Notes: generated by a model from the letters alone, not told the origin. A DNA stretch of 63,247 nucleotides, filler included, from Octopus bimaculoides (GCF_001194135.2; 6 parts of 6 records of this genome joined end to end with filler, not necessarily neighbours in it), one strand, 5' to 3'; counted from the whole stretch's first letter, positions 41,451 to 55,435 are shown. Translations and numbers: made by a program.

Positions 41451-43336
41451 TAAAAGTATAGTAAAGCTATATTAGTTTCCAATGCTCTTCATACAGTTTT
41501 CCAATAAATGTTGTATTATGCTTAACCTGGGTCTGATATCTATTCTGTGTTCCAAAATAAAATTTATGAACATGTCCAAGCTATTTAATCTTTCTTAACG
41601 TGATTTGAAATTTTGATTATTTAAAATGCTAGATACAAAACGCTCGATTATGAATGTGTGCAGGAAAACTAAAATGTATTAAATAATACTAAATACTCAG
41701 AACGAAATTAAATAGAACATTTATATTTAACTTCATTTTTTCAACATTTAAAATAGAATGAAAAGATGCAGAACATTAAGAATGAAAGAAATGAAATCAA
41801 TAGCATCTATATATTCCAGGTTTAAAATGTGCAAAATATAAACCAAGAAGAGGGTTGTGAAATGGAATAATAGACAGGTATTGCAATGAGGACATAAATA
41901 TACTTTATTCGAATGAAAAAATACGCGTTTAGCAATAGCTGCTAGAGAAAATATTTTTTTTAAAATTGGATTTGGATAATTGCAATTCAACAAGAAAACA
42001 TTGACAGCATTTAAAATAAGAAAACAAAAGAAAACAAATTTATGGAAACTATAAAAACAGAGAATTTGTAAGAAGACATGTTATTTTGCCCACCCGTAAA
42101 GAGGGCAATATTTGAAGGAGGAGCTTGGAAATAAAATCTCTATTGACTATAAAATAGATACTAACTACCAGATCGGTGATAAATAAACGGAAATACGACA
42201 ACATTATTTTCAACTATTAGAAATAACTGTTTTGAAATAAAACAACGAATCTATGTATAGGAAAAGCTAACATATAGCGAGTGAGAGAGACAGATTATAG
42301 ACACAAAATCTAAAATAACTTAAATAAACAAATAGAAATTACTGATGTTTATGACGGATTCTGGTAAGTACGGAATGCACAGAAATGATACATGGAATGC
42401 AGTTTTGAAAATAAAGGCTAAATGAAGAACCAGTGAGATCGATATAAAATAGATTCAATAAACATATTCACATTAAAGACTTACTTTTGTAAGTAAATCG
42501 AAAATTTGTGATAAATAAATGATTTAAGTATTGATAACATGCGATAAAATAAGAATACTTGATATTAAGTGAATGAAAATAATGCCTTTACCTTTAGGGA
42601 CGCAGAAGAATAACATGATATACATATTTGAATCTAGCATTGTCAAATGCTTTGTGCAGACAAACAATAATATCAAAATATAGAAGACTGACAGATGAAC
42701 AAAAGAAAATTGCCTTGTCAGTAGAATTCTGAGACAAAACAAATCAGAAAAATCTGATACATTTAAAATGGTACTATCAAATCAACAGAATAAAACAAAA
42801 CCTGAATGGTTACATTGTCGCTTTTTTAATTACACTAAGGGTATTAGTAGAAAATATCGAATAGAGATCTCAGATATGCTGTATCTTTACAAACGAATGT
42901 GAAATATAGTCATTTTGTAAAACTAGATAAAATATTTAACATCCGGTTAAGATACAACATTCGACAGGAGGAAGTAAGATAATGTTGGTGAAAAGAAAGA
43001 AAAAAACATTTTTGCAATACTTAAAATTGAATAACTTTTATCTGAAAGGATGGAGGAGAGAACGACACATCAAAGGTTTCCTACTGTTAGAGATGAGTAA
43101 ACATTTTAATATCACAGACATTCAACAAATACCTATATTCTTCGATCGGCTCGATAACGATGTAAATGCAAAATAAACAAAACAACAGCCAAATCTGTCT
43201 TTGATGTTTCAATCTTATTTTTGATAATACTAAGATGATAGATGAATACAAGAGTGACGAAATTGGAATTGAAATGAAAATCGAAGTTTATTTTCTACTT
43301 ATTCAAGAAGTCATGCACAAAGGCAAACACTTACAT

Positions 43337-43373
<37 letters not shown>

Positions 43374-44372
43374 NNNNNNNNNNNNNNNNNNNNNNNNNNN
43401 NNNNNNNNNNNNNNNNNNNNNNNNNNNNNNNNNNNNNNNNNNNNNNNNNNNNNNNNNNNNNNNNNNNNNNNNNNNNNNNNNNNNNNNNNNNNNNNNNNNN
43501 NNNNNNNNNNNNNNNNNNNNNNNNNNNNNNNNNNNNNNNNNNNNNNNNNNNNNNNNNNNNNNNNNTGTGTGTGTATGTGTGTGTGTGTGTGTGTGTGCGT
43601 GTGTGTGTGTACATGTATATTTACCTTCACGCATACAAGTATACACTTATTTACTTTTGATTGCTTCACTGGAATTATATGATGGAATGATATTTGTGTC
43701 ATTCGCATTGCATTTAAGAATACAAACTCTTAACCTGATATTCTAAACGGGTTCAAGTTAATTTCACTGAAACTTTATTAATACAATAATGCATTCACAC
43801 TGATATCTAATTATCTATTACGTTACATGGTCAAAGCATAAATGAAATTGAAATCACTTTGCAATTTATTATTTTATTTCCTTGTAATGGAGATTTAATT
43901 TACTATTCACCTCCCAAATTTCAAATATCTTTAAAATTAGTTTTCTTTCTTTATCACCGTCCATCAATGTAATCACATTATTAATAATTTTCCATTTTCT
44001 CTTCATATTCATGTCTTACACTGTACAAAATGACATGACTATATGCATCAGTGTATAAATCGTCAAGTATTTCTTTTAAAATGTATTGTGCTACTCATGT
44101 GGAGATTAATTTACTATCAGTGTTGTTTGTTCCAAAACAAATATATGAAACTAAGCAAACCATACTCAAAACACGTAGACATATTTTGAGTAGATAACGA
44201 GTAGACCCGGATTATAAAATGCAGATTCGCTTATAATATAGGTAAGCTGTCAACTTGAAGGATTATCAGAAGTTCTTAAGCCTGTTGAGCATGAACACTG
44301 AGATTAATTGTTTGATATGGATAAATGGGAGATAGGTTTATGCAATACAGTTTAAAGTATAATACAAACATT

Positions 44373-44417
<45 letters not shown>

Positions 44418-44438
44418 GTAGGTAAGGATTACACATAT

Positions 44439-44507
<69 letters not shown>

Positions 44508-45301
44508 GAATATGAAAGTTTGACTTTAATTAACAGAAAGAAATCCGTGTATCCATGTATCCATCTATTAGTTTTCCTCTGAGGCTATCCTGAGGTGAAA
44601 TTGAGTCACAAATCATCTCATTTATTTGATTTTCTGCTTGACCTACTTCGAAACCATGTTAATCACAATGCAAGGATGGCTACTTGCGAGCACATTTGCA
44701 CCAGCTCATGATAGAAAATAAACTCACTTGTGTAAACGACCATTTATGAAAACTATTTCCACCAGAATTATCAAGTATACATTTTCCCCACGACTCAGCT
44801 CTCAACTATGTTTTGATCTTTCAGTAAAGTTTTTCTGTAATCACACGAAATTTTGTGTTCCAGTTTTGTAAAAGATAAAATGGTTGCCAAAATAATCTAT
44901 AGTCTAAAAGTTGGAAACTCCAATATTGCTTAAGAATTGATGGTGAACAGGCAAATAAACTTATACAAAGAGGCATTTCTTTTTGCTAGCAGAATACCAG
45001 GCTCTGCCGCTTCTAATGTATTATCCCATTCAACCTAAGCTTCACTTGCAGACCTCTCAGTATCTCCCACCTATATATACAACAATTATCTTGAGCTATA
45101 AAAGATTTTGACTATAAATATTACGCAAGAGTTAAATATATATGACACTTCTTAATTCGAACCACGTATAAGTTAAAAGTTAGTGTTGGAGATGCAAATT
45201 CCATGGAAACTACAAATATATATTTTTTACTTTTATTCTTTGGTATTAAAAATATGTACAAACACGTGCGCACGCACACATAATATATATGTGTGTATTT
45301 G

Positions 45302-45385
<84 letters not shown>

Positions 45386-45624
45386 CAGAGACAGAGCCAG
45401 AGAGATAATATAGACAGAGGTACATAACGATATAGGGAAAAAAACAAAACATATTTCTATAGTGTGCGTAAAAACATGTTAAAATACAAGGATTCTACAA
45501 GAAAATGCCAGTGACCTCTTAAGCTTTGAATCACTAGGTCTGAAAAGATGATCCATAAATCAGAAACAAAAAAAAAATAAATAAAAGTGACAGCTAAAAA
45601 TCTGCTTAGAATTATTTACTAGCC

Positions 45625-46690
45625 TATATGTTGTGGCTAACTGAAAATGTTTTTTGTATTCTTCCTTTCTACTTGTAGAGTTTAAATGTAGTTATAAAAA
45701 TATGTCATTCTGTTGAAGTGAAATTTCAGTAAATTTCTATATCTTTGTGCAGCTAACGATTGCTCTGCATTTTACATTTGATGTAATGTTTAGATTGCTT
45801 AAATAAATGGAGTCGCATGAAACGATCGTACAGCATTAACTTTGGATATCCTTGTTGCTCTTGTTTCAGAGAACCCTACTGTTACCTCTAGGAAGCTTGC
45901 TGAACAGTTACACATTGGAAAGGTTTCAGTGGCTGGAAAATTGTTCCCTCACGATCTGTTTCCAGAGAATCGATAACAGCGTTCTGCTTGTTGTCAATGA
46001 TTGCTTTCGTGACACTTTCAAGCAACATTTTTGGACAGGCTTGTGATGAGAAGTAGATTATTTACTATAATGTTAAACGCCGCCGTTCTGAGATCAGTCG
46101 AGGAGGACGGCCAGTTCAACAAGTGAGAGCAGGACTTCATCTAAACGAGATCGTGTCAGTGTATGGTGGGATATTAACCGAGTTTTTAAGGTGGTAATAG
46201 CGTCTTCAGGCGTCTATTTTTATAGTGCGTGTAGAGTATTATAGCCAATTCCATTTTATAATTTTGTGTATAATTGTTTGGTTGTTGTCCAACAGTTCAT
46301 AATAGATTACTCTTTACTTTGAGTAACTTCGTCGTTTGAAAACGGTTATGAGCCAAAAGTTCTCTTGGAAGAACTGGGTTGGGAAATACTGCCTCATCCT
46401 CCATATTCTCATGACCTTGATCCTTTGATTACCATTTGTCCCGAGGACTACAGAACCATTTTGATGGACTTAAGTTAACAACAAGAGATTGAAAATGAGT
46501 TGGATTCATATTTTGGTTCTAAACATACAGAATTTTACAAGCAAGGCATTTGTAAGGTTATTGAAAGATGGAATGAAGTCATTGAAAGCAATGGAGAGTA
46601 TATTAATGGATAAATATTTCCATAGTCATTGGCTTATTCATTTTTACCTTAGATATTTAAATCGGATATTAATTTTCCACCAACATGATA
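45625..46690 (+). mobile_element. Decayed, interrupted mariner (DD34D) element
   Basis: LLEELGWEILPHPPYSHDLDP-DYHLSRGLQNHFDG...FYKQGICKVIERWNEVIESNGEY. The right end reverse-complements to a mariner-like TIR (tcatgttggtggaaaatt). Confidence 0.85.
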
Positions 46691-46698
46691 TTCAATAG

Positions 46699-46901
46699 TT
46701 ATATACATAATTATAACAAAGGATTGGCTATAAGCCTCACCACACGCTAGCAAATAGACGCCTAAAGACGCTATTACCACCTTAAACACTCCGAAAAATA
46801 AAACACGGAGTTTTTAAGGTGGTAATAGCGCTTTTAGGCGTCTATTTTTATAGCGCGTGGAGAGGATTATAGCCAACCCCTTGTTATAATTTTGTATATA
46901 A
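46699..46901. repeat. Long palindrome with ~94 bp arms and a 12 nt loop
   Basis: …atagacgcctaaagacgctattaccaccttaaacactccg-aaaaataaaaca-cggagtttttaaggtggtaatagcgcttttaggcgtctattt…. Confidence 0.9.
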
Positions 46902-47268
46902 TTATTAAAATATTTTAAAAATTTACTTATAAGGTATTATTTCCGCGGTGACCCCCCTGGTATAAATAATTAGTGATTTTTACCCTTTCTTATAACACAC
47001 ACACACGAACACACACACACATACACACACACACACACACATACACACACATGCACACACACACACGAACACACATGTATATGTATGTTTAGTTCTACAT
47101 TTAAGAGATGAGAAATTATGTACATTATTTACATTTTTTATATTTGACGGATATTTGTACACATCTTGTTTGTTATTAACACAACCTTTTGCCTAATATG
47201 CTCTCCAGCCTTCATCAGGTGTCTTGGGGAAATTTCGAACCTGGTTTCTCATTCCTAAGTTATTTCTC

Positions 47269-47300
<32 letters not shown>

Positions 47301-47489
47301 CATTATTGTTGTTATTATTATTATTATTATTATTATCATTATTATTGTTATTATTATTATTATTATCATTATTATTGTTATTATTGTTATTATCATTATT
47401 ATTATTCAGGTCACTCAGAATCTTGGGGTTAGTAGTCCGGGCTCTAAACGACTACGCCATATGCCCGTGGGAAATTATGGAGTGAATTT

Positions 47490-47770
47490 TAGGGCTTATA
47501 ATTTTAATATTTTCCTATCCACGGTCTGCTTGGAATGTTGTTGTGTCCGAGTATATGTGCTGCTTCTTTGGACATGTGCGGAAAGATGTTGCTATAGTAA
47601 CTAGCTAGCTTCCTGTAACTCTCTTCTGTTGTTGATCCTCGGTTTCTTTTTGTGCATGAGGATGACCTCAGAGATTCTAAGGTTGCCCCTGTTCCGCTAT
47701 GTTTCCTTGATATGCACTGTGAATTCCCGGGTCTGGCAATTCCATAGATGCTTCTTCACGGACTTGTCTG
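47490..47770 (-). mobile_element. Inverted copy of the Penelope 3' end (pLTR-like)
   Basis: The reverse complement of ~47580-47765 aligns with 48820-49010 (tgcaggcagaca.gtccgtgaagaa...ggatcaacaacagaagagagttacaggaa.ctag), with scattered mismatches. Confidence 0.85.
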
Positions 47771-49230
47771 CCTGCATGTGTTCCTTATCTCACCCACATC
47801 TCCTTGCCCGCCTCTTTTCTTATCAATCCCCATCCTCTGCAACCTCCTCCTCCCCATCTTCCCTTTCATCTTCTCTCACTTCCCCATCCATTAACTTCCA
47901 GCTCTTCAGCCTCACATTCTCGGGCATACGTGAGTTGCTAACCATTTTAGTTGATAACAACTACCTTCAATATAACGGTGTGATTTACAAACAAACTTCT
48001 GACCTACCTATGGGATCTAGCCTTTCAGGCCTGCTGGACATTACGTACTGTACTCAACACCTGCTGCTCATGCATCTTTGTCTCCAGGTACGCTGATGAC
48101 ATCCTTATCATCACGTCCTCCAGGGATGAGCCCATCAACATACACCGACGTAAACAACACCGACATAAACAAGAAAATCGAGATTGAACATTCAGACGAA
48201 TCCGGAACCCTCTCTCTACTCAACTTTCAACTCAGGATCACAGAGGAATGCTCCATATTTACCAAATTCTACAGAAAAGCCGCTAATAGAAAAGTGTTCA
48301 TCCATTACCAATCAGCCTTACCCACCAGAGCCAAAGCCGTGTACGTGAGAAACGAGAATGCACGTATAAACAACAATTGCAGCAATGCGGCCAACAAAGC
48401 CGTCAACGCCAAACAGTTCCTCAGAGACCTAACCCTGAATGGTTACCCACCATCTTTGGCTAAACAAAGGTGCCTAAAAACATCAAGGTCAATAAACCTC
48501 GGAAGAACCATCGTACTCCAAAGGTCGGCACATGCTTCCGAAAGCTACCACACTTTGACGACAAAACTACTGCAGCGATACAACACTCAGTCTGCAGGGA
48601 AGGACTCGACATACAGATAGTGCACACCGGCCCTTCCCCGAGAAAAGCTCTGTCAGAGAACAACACCTCTCACTACTCCGAGGAGTGTACATTATCCAAC
48701 TGCCCCATCAATGACTCTGAATTGTGCCATAGGAACTATGTTGTATATGAGATAATCCCTGGCAAATATGGCATGGTGAAACAAACATAGGAAGCACAAC
48801 AAGAAAACTGCGTATACGCCTGCAGGCAGACACGTCCGTGAAGAAACATCTTCGGAATTGCCAGACTCGGGAATTCACAGTTTACATCAAGAGAACACAG
48901 CGGAACAGGGTCAAACTTCGAATCTCTGAGGCCAACTTCATACACCAAAAGAAACCTAGGATCAACAACAGAAGAGAGTTACAGGAAACTAGCCGGTGGC
49001 TATAGCAGCACCATTCCGTGCATGCCCACCCTACACACGCTCACACACACGCACATCGGCAACAGTCGTCAGTTTCTTGAAAATAGGATCGTAACCCAAA
49101 AATATTGAATGCAAGGTAAGTATACTTTAATTCGTATATTTGTTTACTTGTGATTTGCCTTGCATTGTTTCGCATTGTTCTGGCCTTATCCACGATCCTT
49201 TATATTACAATATATTGTATACAATGCTTC
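47770..49230 (+). mobile_element. 5'-truncated Penelope-like element (RT, thumb, Cys linker, GIY-YIG, 3' UTR)
   Basis: NYLQYNGVIYKQTSDLPMGSSLSG; SRYADDILII; TLSLLNF...FYRKAANRKVFIHYQSALP...LNGYPP; KLPHFD; CTLSNCPINDSELCHRNYVVYEI; IGSTTRKLRIRL; EANFIHQKKPRINNRRE. Confidence 0.9.
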
Positions 49231-49244
49231 ATAGTTATTATTCC

Positions 49245-49349
<105 letters not shown>

Positions 49350-52300
49350 TAACCAAATTCCGACATAGTCCTATTTTCATTTTTCTTTTTTTTTTATTTT
49401 ACAAATTTGCAATATTATATATTATAAAGGCAACTTCCATAGAAGTTGCAGAATAAGAAATACAATTTTTCAAATTTTATGCAGAATACATTTTCTTATT
49501 TCTCCTATAGTACACTCAGGTGATATTGTAATAAGTGATGTTGTAAAATTCTAAGATTACACAAATAAATGTGAAAACTGGCCGCCTATGCTGGAAGTTA
49601 ATTTTGTTTTTTCACAGTTTTACGATCTCTATTATTTATATGTTGTTTGCACGTGCGTTGCTTAAGTGCTTGTATGTGTACATACACACACATATAGATA
49701 CACAGATACGTATGTATGTGAGTGTGTGTTTTTGTGTGTGTTTGTGTGTGTGTGCCCCATACTAAAAACAAACAGAATGCTTTTATTTCATTCTTTTGAG
49801 CAATTCTTTAACTATCTAACCCTTTAAGTAATTAATTGTTTGATTAATCACTCTGTTAATGAATTAGCTATGTGTGGCCATTCACTCGCTCTTCGTTGAT
49901 ATGCTATCTCAGCTCCAATACAGCTTCAAATCTGTCAGATTGTCTCTTAAGTTATGTAATGAATTGCATGTGAGAATGTACGCGAGAGAAGGATGGCGAC
50001 AGAAATTTTGGATGTGTGCATTCATGCAGGTATGCGCTCTGGTGCGTGTGTACGTGTTGCGCTCTGGCGTGTGCTTTAATGTTTTGCTGCGTGTCTGTGT
50101 GGTGTAGCGGCGTGTCTGTGAGTAAGTGCATTAGAAAGAATTTAGCTATTGGAAATCAGCTATATATCACAAAGATAAATATATACTGATAGCAGATTTA
50201 CTTAGGATAAAGATCATGTTTCTCTTGTGATAACTTTGTGAAGTAAGGAAAGATGCGGTGGACTTTATAGATCACATACAGTTTTCAACTACAATCAAAA
50301 ACAAGGAGACAGAGTTTACTAGAACTCAAAGAAAAAGATATGAACGTTTATTCATGACACTTGCCCAAGTTATCATAATAACTTAGAGAATAAGCTTGAA
50401 AGAATTAATAAAAAGGATGTTTATATAAACAACATTGACAAGCTTCAAGGGACAATGTTTATATTCACTACACCGTAGATTTACGAACTTTAATCTCCAA
50501 AGTGTAAATCACTAGCCTGTAGACTTGGGAAAGCTCTAAGTGATATTATAATTAGCAATAGAGTAATATGGATACCAGAGAAACTACCTGGGTTGCATAA
50601 TAATATCATACTGTTTTGGTAAGATCAGATATACAAATAAGAACTACATCATGTGTAAAATAGGACCTAGAGTTATCTGTAAAGTGAAAAGCCTAATTTA
50701 CCGTCTATTGTTTGGACTGCGAGTATAGCAACTCGACCTGGGCATAAATGCGAAAAGTTTAGCGGGGAGAATGGAATAGCATTGGAACAAATGCAACGAA
50801 AACATAGTTGGTACTCTATCAGCATGCCAAGGATAAAGGTTAGCGTATGTAGAACATAGGCATTAGAATCCTTTCGGTATATCCATATGGCACTTCTTTA
50901 CCACAGTTATGGGGGAATTGATCTCACAAATGAATAGAATCAATCATTAGAAAAGAAAATACGATGAAAATATAGAGACTGCACCTCCCACATTCACAGT
51001 GTCGTGTTCAATATACAACTATCGCACGTGTACAGAAGAGTGTGCGTTGTGGGTAGAATGAAGTTGATCAGTCATCAAACTTTTCATTTCTTTTTGTAAC
51101 TGGAATAAATGACGAAATATCTCGAAACTTTCAATCCATCCATACAGCTTATGATAAAAGTAACTTAACTGGACAGTACACGAACTTTTCTGCATTAATG
51201 CCTCCTCACGAACGCGCACACACGTCCTGGCACACACACACACATCCTGGCACACACATACATCGTCCGGTCAAAAACAGAGGATCAATAGTTAAAGAGA
51301 GAAAGAAATACGTAACATATCATCCACACCCAACGCACATTCTACGTCAGATAAATGCACAAAGCTGAGCACACAAATAGGCGCGTACCCACACTTGCAC
51401 GTACTCATGCACAATACGCACACACGGATATACAAACATTTTATGTCTACTGCATTTACAGAAGATACTAAACACAAACACGCAGCTACATATTATTTAC
51501 ACAAACACCAGAATTCACATGCATGAAGAGCAAACAGACACATGCACAACATGAAAATCCAGAGTCACTGTTATAGAACAACTTAAAACTTAAGAGAACG
51601 ACCGACTTGAAACTAATTTCAAGTACAGAAGATGTGTAATTAAAGTGGTCACGAATCGCGATAACTTAATTAAATAGCTAACCAATTAATGTACAATAGA
51701 AAAATAAATACAAGCAGTATTTATGCTTATTTACAATATGATCCTTCTGCGCACGGCAACACCTGTTTCATAGAATTAATTCTCCTGCACAACACATGCA
51801 CTACCGCAGGAAAAAGAACACACCACAATATTTATTGGTTTATCATTCATTTAGGTCCTCCATATCAAGTCAAAAATAACTCTGTTGTGTGTGAGGACAT
51901 CTATACAATCCTATAACATAACCCCACACAATTATTAGACAAGCAGCATGAAGCCTTCACTGTGTGTCTATAAATTGTTTCAATGATCTAATTTCTACCA
52001 CAAGTCTAATTACATTAAAACAATTACATCGCGTCCTGATATATAGTTTAGCCACTTAATTAAATGAGTATATCTACACTACTATCATATCCGTTTAACT
52101 TTTACCTTGTATTTTACAGATTCTCATTTTTTCCATTAACTCATATTTACACATCCCACCTAGATTATAATTAATCGAATACACTTTCAGTTACAATATT
52201 TTCGTTATGAAATGAACACTACTAGGCTTCCTCATCTCTTATGGAATTATACACTGGGTAATAATATATGTGATTAACTTAACTTACCAGATTTTTTTTT

Positions 52301-53321
52301 TCATTTATTTGCTTATATTATATAAATCGTCCATTGTGTTTTATCTATTTTTCCTTTGTCATTTTCCGATTTTTAATTTACACTAACCGTACAAATTTTT
52401 AAAATATGGGCGTCTATTTCTAGAAACATTATGAACAGGTGAGCCCTTAATTTCCTGTCATTAATTGTCGTATCACGCACACTATAGTTCGAGATCTTCA
52501 TTGTCATTTATAATCACTTTATTACCATGCTAACTCCGTCGATCTCATTCTCACCATCTTAAAACACTGACCAACGCTGGTCGTCAGATATAGAATGAAA
52601 GTATCTGATATCTACTATTACTCATCACTTATTGATCTATTTATGTGTATACATACTCTACCCTCTTTCAATAAACATGCCCTCGCCATAGGGACTCCAA
52701 TATATATATTCTACTGCTGCTACCATTCTTTCTTCCCTTCACACTGCAATATATTATTCCTCCTCGAATCAAATCACTCTCTATTCAAAATCTGAACTGG
52801 TACTTTCCACTATCCTTTGCCATGGTTTATTTCCAAGCATTATCATTTAAAACTGTTACTGGACCTTACTTGCAATTTTATTATTTATTCGACCATGAAA
52901 CTGCTTAACACATCTATTTTACTCTTATCAATCCTTCATTGTTAACGAATTAGAAAACACTAATATCCTCGATTGGGCATATTTTTCCTTATAATCTATA
53001 TTTAAATACAATATTTTTCGAGTGATGCCAAATGTTTTGTTCTTACAATTTTTTTTATTTCAACACACAGAGAGACACATGAAGGCACGCATGCACACGC
53101 ACTCACATACATGCCCACAAACAAACAAACACACATACATACGCACATATGTGTGTGTATGTGTGTATGTGTGTGTGTGTGTGTGTGTTGAGCAACTGCA
53201 CGCCACGCATCTTGAATTTTGTTAACAGTAAGTTTTTACATTATTTGCGACTCTCTTTCTTTCTTTCTTCCTTCCTTCCTTTCTTTCTTTCTTTCTTTCT
53301 TTCTTTTTTTCTTTCTTTCCT

Positions 53322-53357
<36 letters not shown>

Positions 53358-53666
53358 TCGTCCTCATATTTACACGCTTGGCCACTGGTAGTAGAGATTT
53401 CTCTTATTTCTTATTACCCTTCATATTATTAATTATTGATAATCTTTTTCTGAATAATTTTCGAATTGAAACGCCGGCATTTTTTATTTACTGCCGACAA
53501 TGAGCTGCGCTTGCTCGGTAGATTTGAAAAATTAGAATGTATAAGCACGGGGCATATACTGGATTGNNNNNNNNNNNNNNNNNNNNNNNNNNNNNNNNNN
53601 NNNNNNNNNNTTAATTAATTAANNNNNNNNNNNNNNNNNNNNNNNNNNNNNNNNNNNNNNNNNNNN

Positions 53667-53907
53667 TTTAATTGAGTTTTTACCTGTAATTTTGGATTTT
53701 ATCCCTAATATTATTATTATACAACACAATAGTAAAATATATAAATATATAGTTTTAGGGAAAAGAACCAAGGTTCATGATCATATATTTTACTCTGTGA
53801 AACTTAATTTAATTTTAATTTTTAATAAATTGATTTTAATTGAGTTTTTACCTGTAATTTTGGATTTTATCCCTAATATTATTATTATACAACACAATAG
53901 TAAAATA
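53667..53907. repeat. Tandem copies (168 bp period) of a dispersed AT-rich repeat also at 18660-18920
   Basis: tttaattgagtttttacctgtaattttggattttatccctaatattattattatacaacacaatagtaaaata occurs twice. Confidence 0.8.
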
Positions 53908-54128
53908 CAGTAATCCCTCGACTATTGCGGGTGTTATGTTCCAAACCACCCCACCGATAGGTGAAAATCCACAAGGTAGAAACAGTAGTGTATTTTTTAA
54001 AAAATTATTTTTATAATTTTGTATATATTATATTTTAATATAAATGCAAAACAACACCACAGTGGAATCGATGTAAGCTTAAATAATAAACCATGACAGG
54101 TGAACAGTGATATGGCAAGGGATTACTG
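53908..54128. mobile_element. Tigger/pogo-like MITE
   Basis: TA-cagtaatccct...agggattactg-TA: 11 bp perfect TIR, TA duplication, 221 bp, no ORF. Confidence 0.85.
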
Positions 54129-54160
54129 TATTTGCATTTCTATAAGGTAGTGTATATATA

Positions 54161-54243
<83 letters not shown>

Positions 54244-54337
54244 ATATATATATATACACATTGTATAAAGGATCTTGGGTAAGACCAAAACAATGTAAAG
54301 TAAATGCAAGGTAAATCACAAGAAAACAAATATAGGC

Positions 54338-54480
54338 ATAGGAGTGGCTGTGTGGTAAGTAGCTTGCTTACAAACCACATGGTTCCGGGTTCAGTCCCAC
54401 TGCGTGGCACCTTGGGCAAGTGTCTTCTACTATAGCCTTGGGCCGACCAAAGCCTTGTAAGTGGATTTGGTAGACGGAAA
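54338..54480 (+). mobile_element. tRNA-derived SINE, family 2
   Basis: ggagtggctgtgtggtaagtagcttgcttacaaaccacatggttccgggttcagtcccactgcgtggcaccttgggcaagtgtcttct. Confidence 0.85.
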
Positions 54481-54701
54481 CTGGAACAGGACTGACCTTG
54501 GGCCTAACAACAGCAACGCAGAAGACCACATTAGATAATGTAGTCCAAGATAGACTATGTCTATATAAAAGGCAGGATGGTCACAGGTGGAGCTTCTTTG
54601 ATCATAGGGTCTCCTGGAACAGGACTGACCTTGGGCTAAACAACAACAACAAAGAAGAGCACGTTAGATAATGTAGTCTTAGATAGACTATGTCTGCTTA
54701 C

Positions 54702-54853
54702 CTTTGATATTTAGTTGATATCTTTCCAAAGGTGTGTCTGTGATGTCATCGTTGCGTCGACAGGTGTATAAGCCAACATCTTTGTAGTCAACATCGTGGA
54801 TCACCAGTTCCCATCCTTGTATATCGTGTCGGTTGTCTGCGAAGATGTCTTTG
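54702..54853 (-). CDS. Exon encoding the C-terminal half of the Ig-like domain
   Basis: Polypyrimidine acceptor ctctctgttcatcAG, donor G|GTAAGC, 152 nt, phase 2-1. Translation KDIFADNRHDIQGWELVIHDVDYKDVGLYTCRRNDDITDTPLERYQLNIK has LxIxxV and DxGxYTC. Confidence 0.9.
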
Positions 54854-55326
54854 CTGATGAACAGAGAGAGGGAGAGGAGGAGGGATAGAACAAGGTATAC
54901 GCCATATTTGAACAGGCATAAGGAACCCCCTATTTTTTTTGCCAAAAATTAGGTTTAAAAAATATGGGAGTTTCTTATACATGGATAGTGTTATAATCCC
55001 CTACAAAACCCTTTATCCAAATTTTAACCTCACAAAATTAAGGAGTTCCATATACCCTTTTTTGCCAAAAATTAGACTAAAAAAATATGGGAGTTTCTTA
55101 TACATGGATAGTGTTATAATCCCTTGCAAAAGAAAAAGAAGAAAAACAAGAAGAAGAAGAACAACAACAACAAGAAGAACAAGAACAAGAACAAGAAGAA
55201 CAAGAACAAGAAGAACAAGAACAAGAACAAGAAGAAGAAGAAGAAGAGGAAGAACAGCACTGACAACAGCAGAAACAGCTCTAAGGGTGTCCACTACAAG
55301 TGTCCACCTTAAAAGTGACCACTCAC

Positions 55327-55435
55327 CCATTATGACTCCATGTGACAGAATAGCCGACGGCTTCTCCGCATTGCAAGACAACCTTCTTCTTAAGATCAAC
55401 TCCAAGTTTTATGATGTTGCTGGACGGCGTCACAG
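55327..55435 (-). CDS. Exon encoding the N-terminal half of an Ig-like domain (5' boundary abuts an N gap)
   Basis: Translation (A)VTPSSNIIKLGVDLKKKVVLQCGEAVGYSVTWSHN(G) has the B-strand LxC and C-strand W. Donor GG|GTGAGT is phase 2. Its first bases CT complete GCT with the final G of the Kunitz exon. The acceptor is hidden in gap 55436-55943. Confidence 0.85.

Noticed and set aside
41950-43200. A-rich strand-skewed tract suggesting an old LINE
   Set aside because: No recognisable RT motif recovered.
44724-44802. Minus-strand LRAESWGKCILDNSGGNSFHKWSFTQ|GTGAGT, ricin-B-like
   Set aside because: Poor acceptor, phase 0 incompatible with the phase-1 Ig exon, and too short to support.
55124-55312. 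Lys/Asn-rich basic ORF
   Set aside because: An (AAGAAC)n microsatellite inside an intron.
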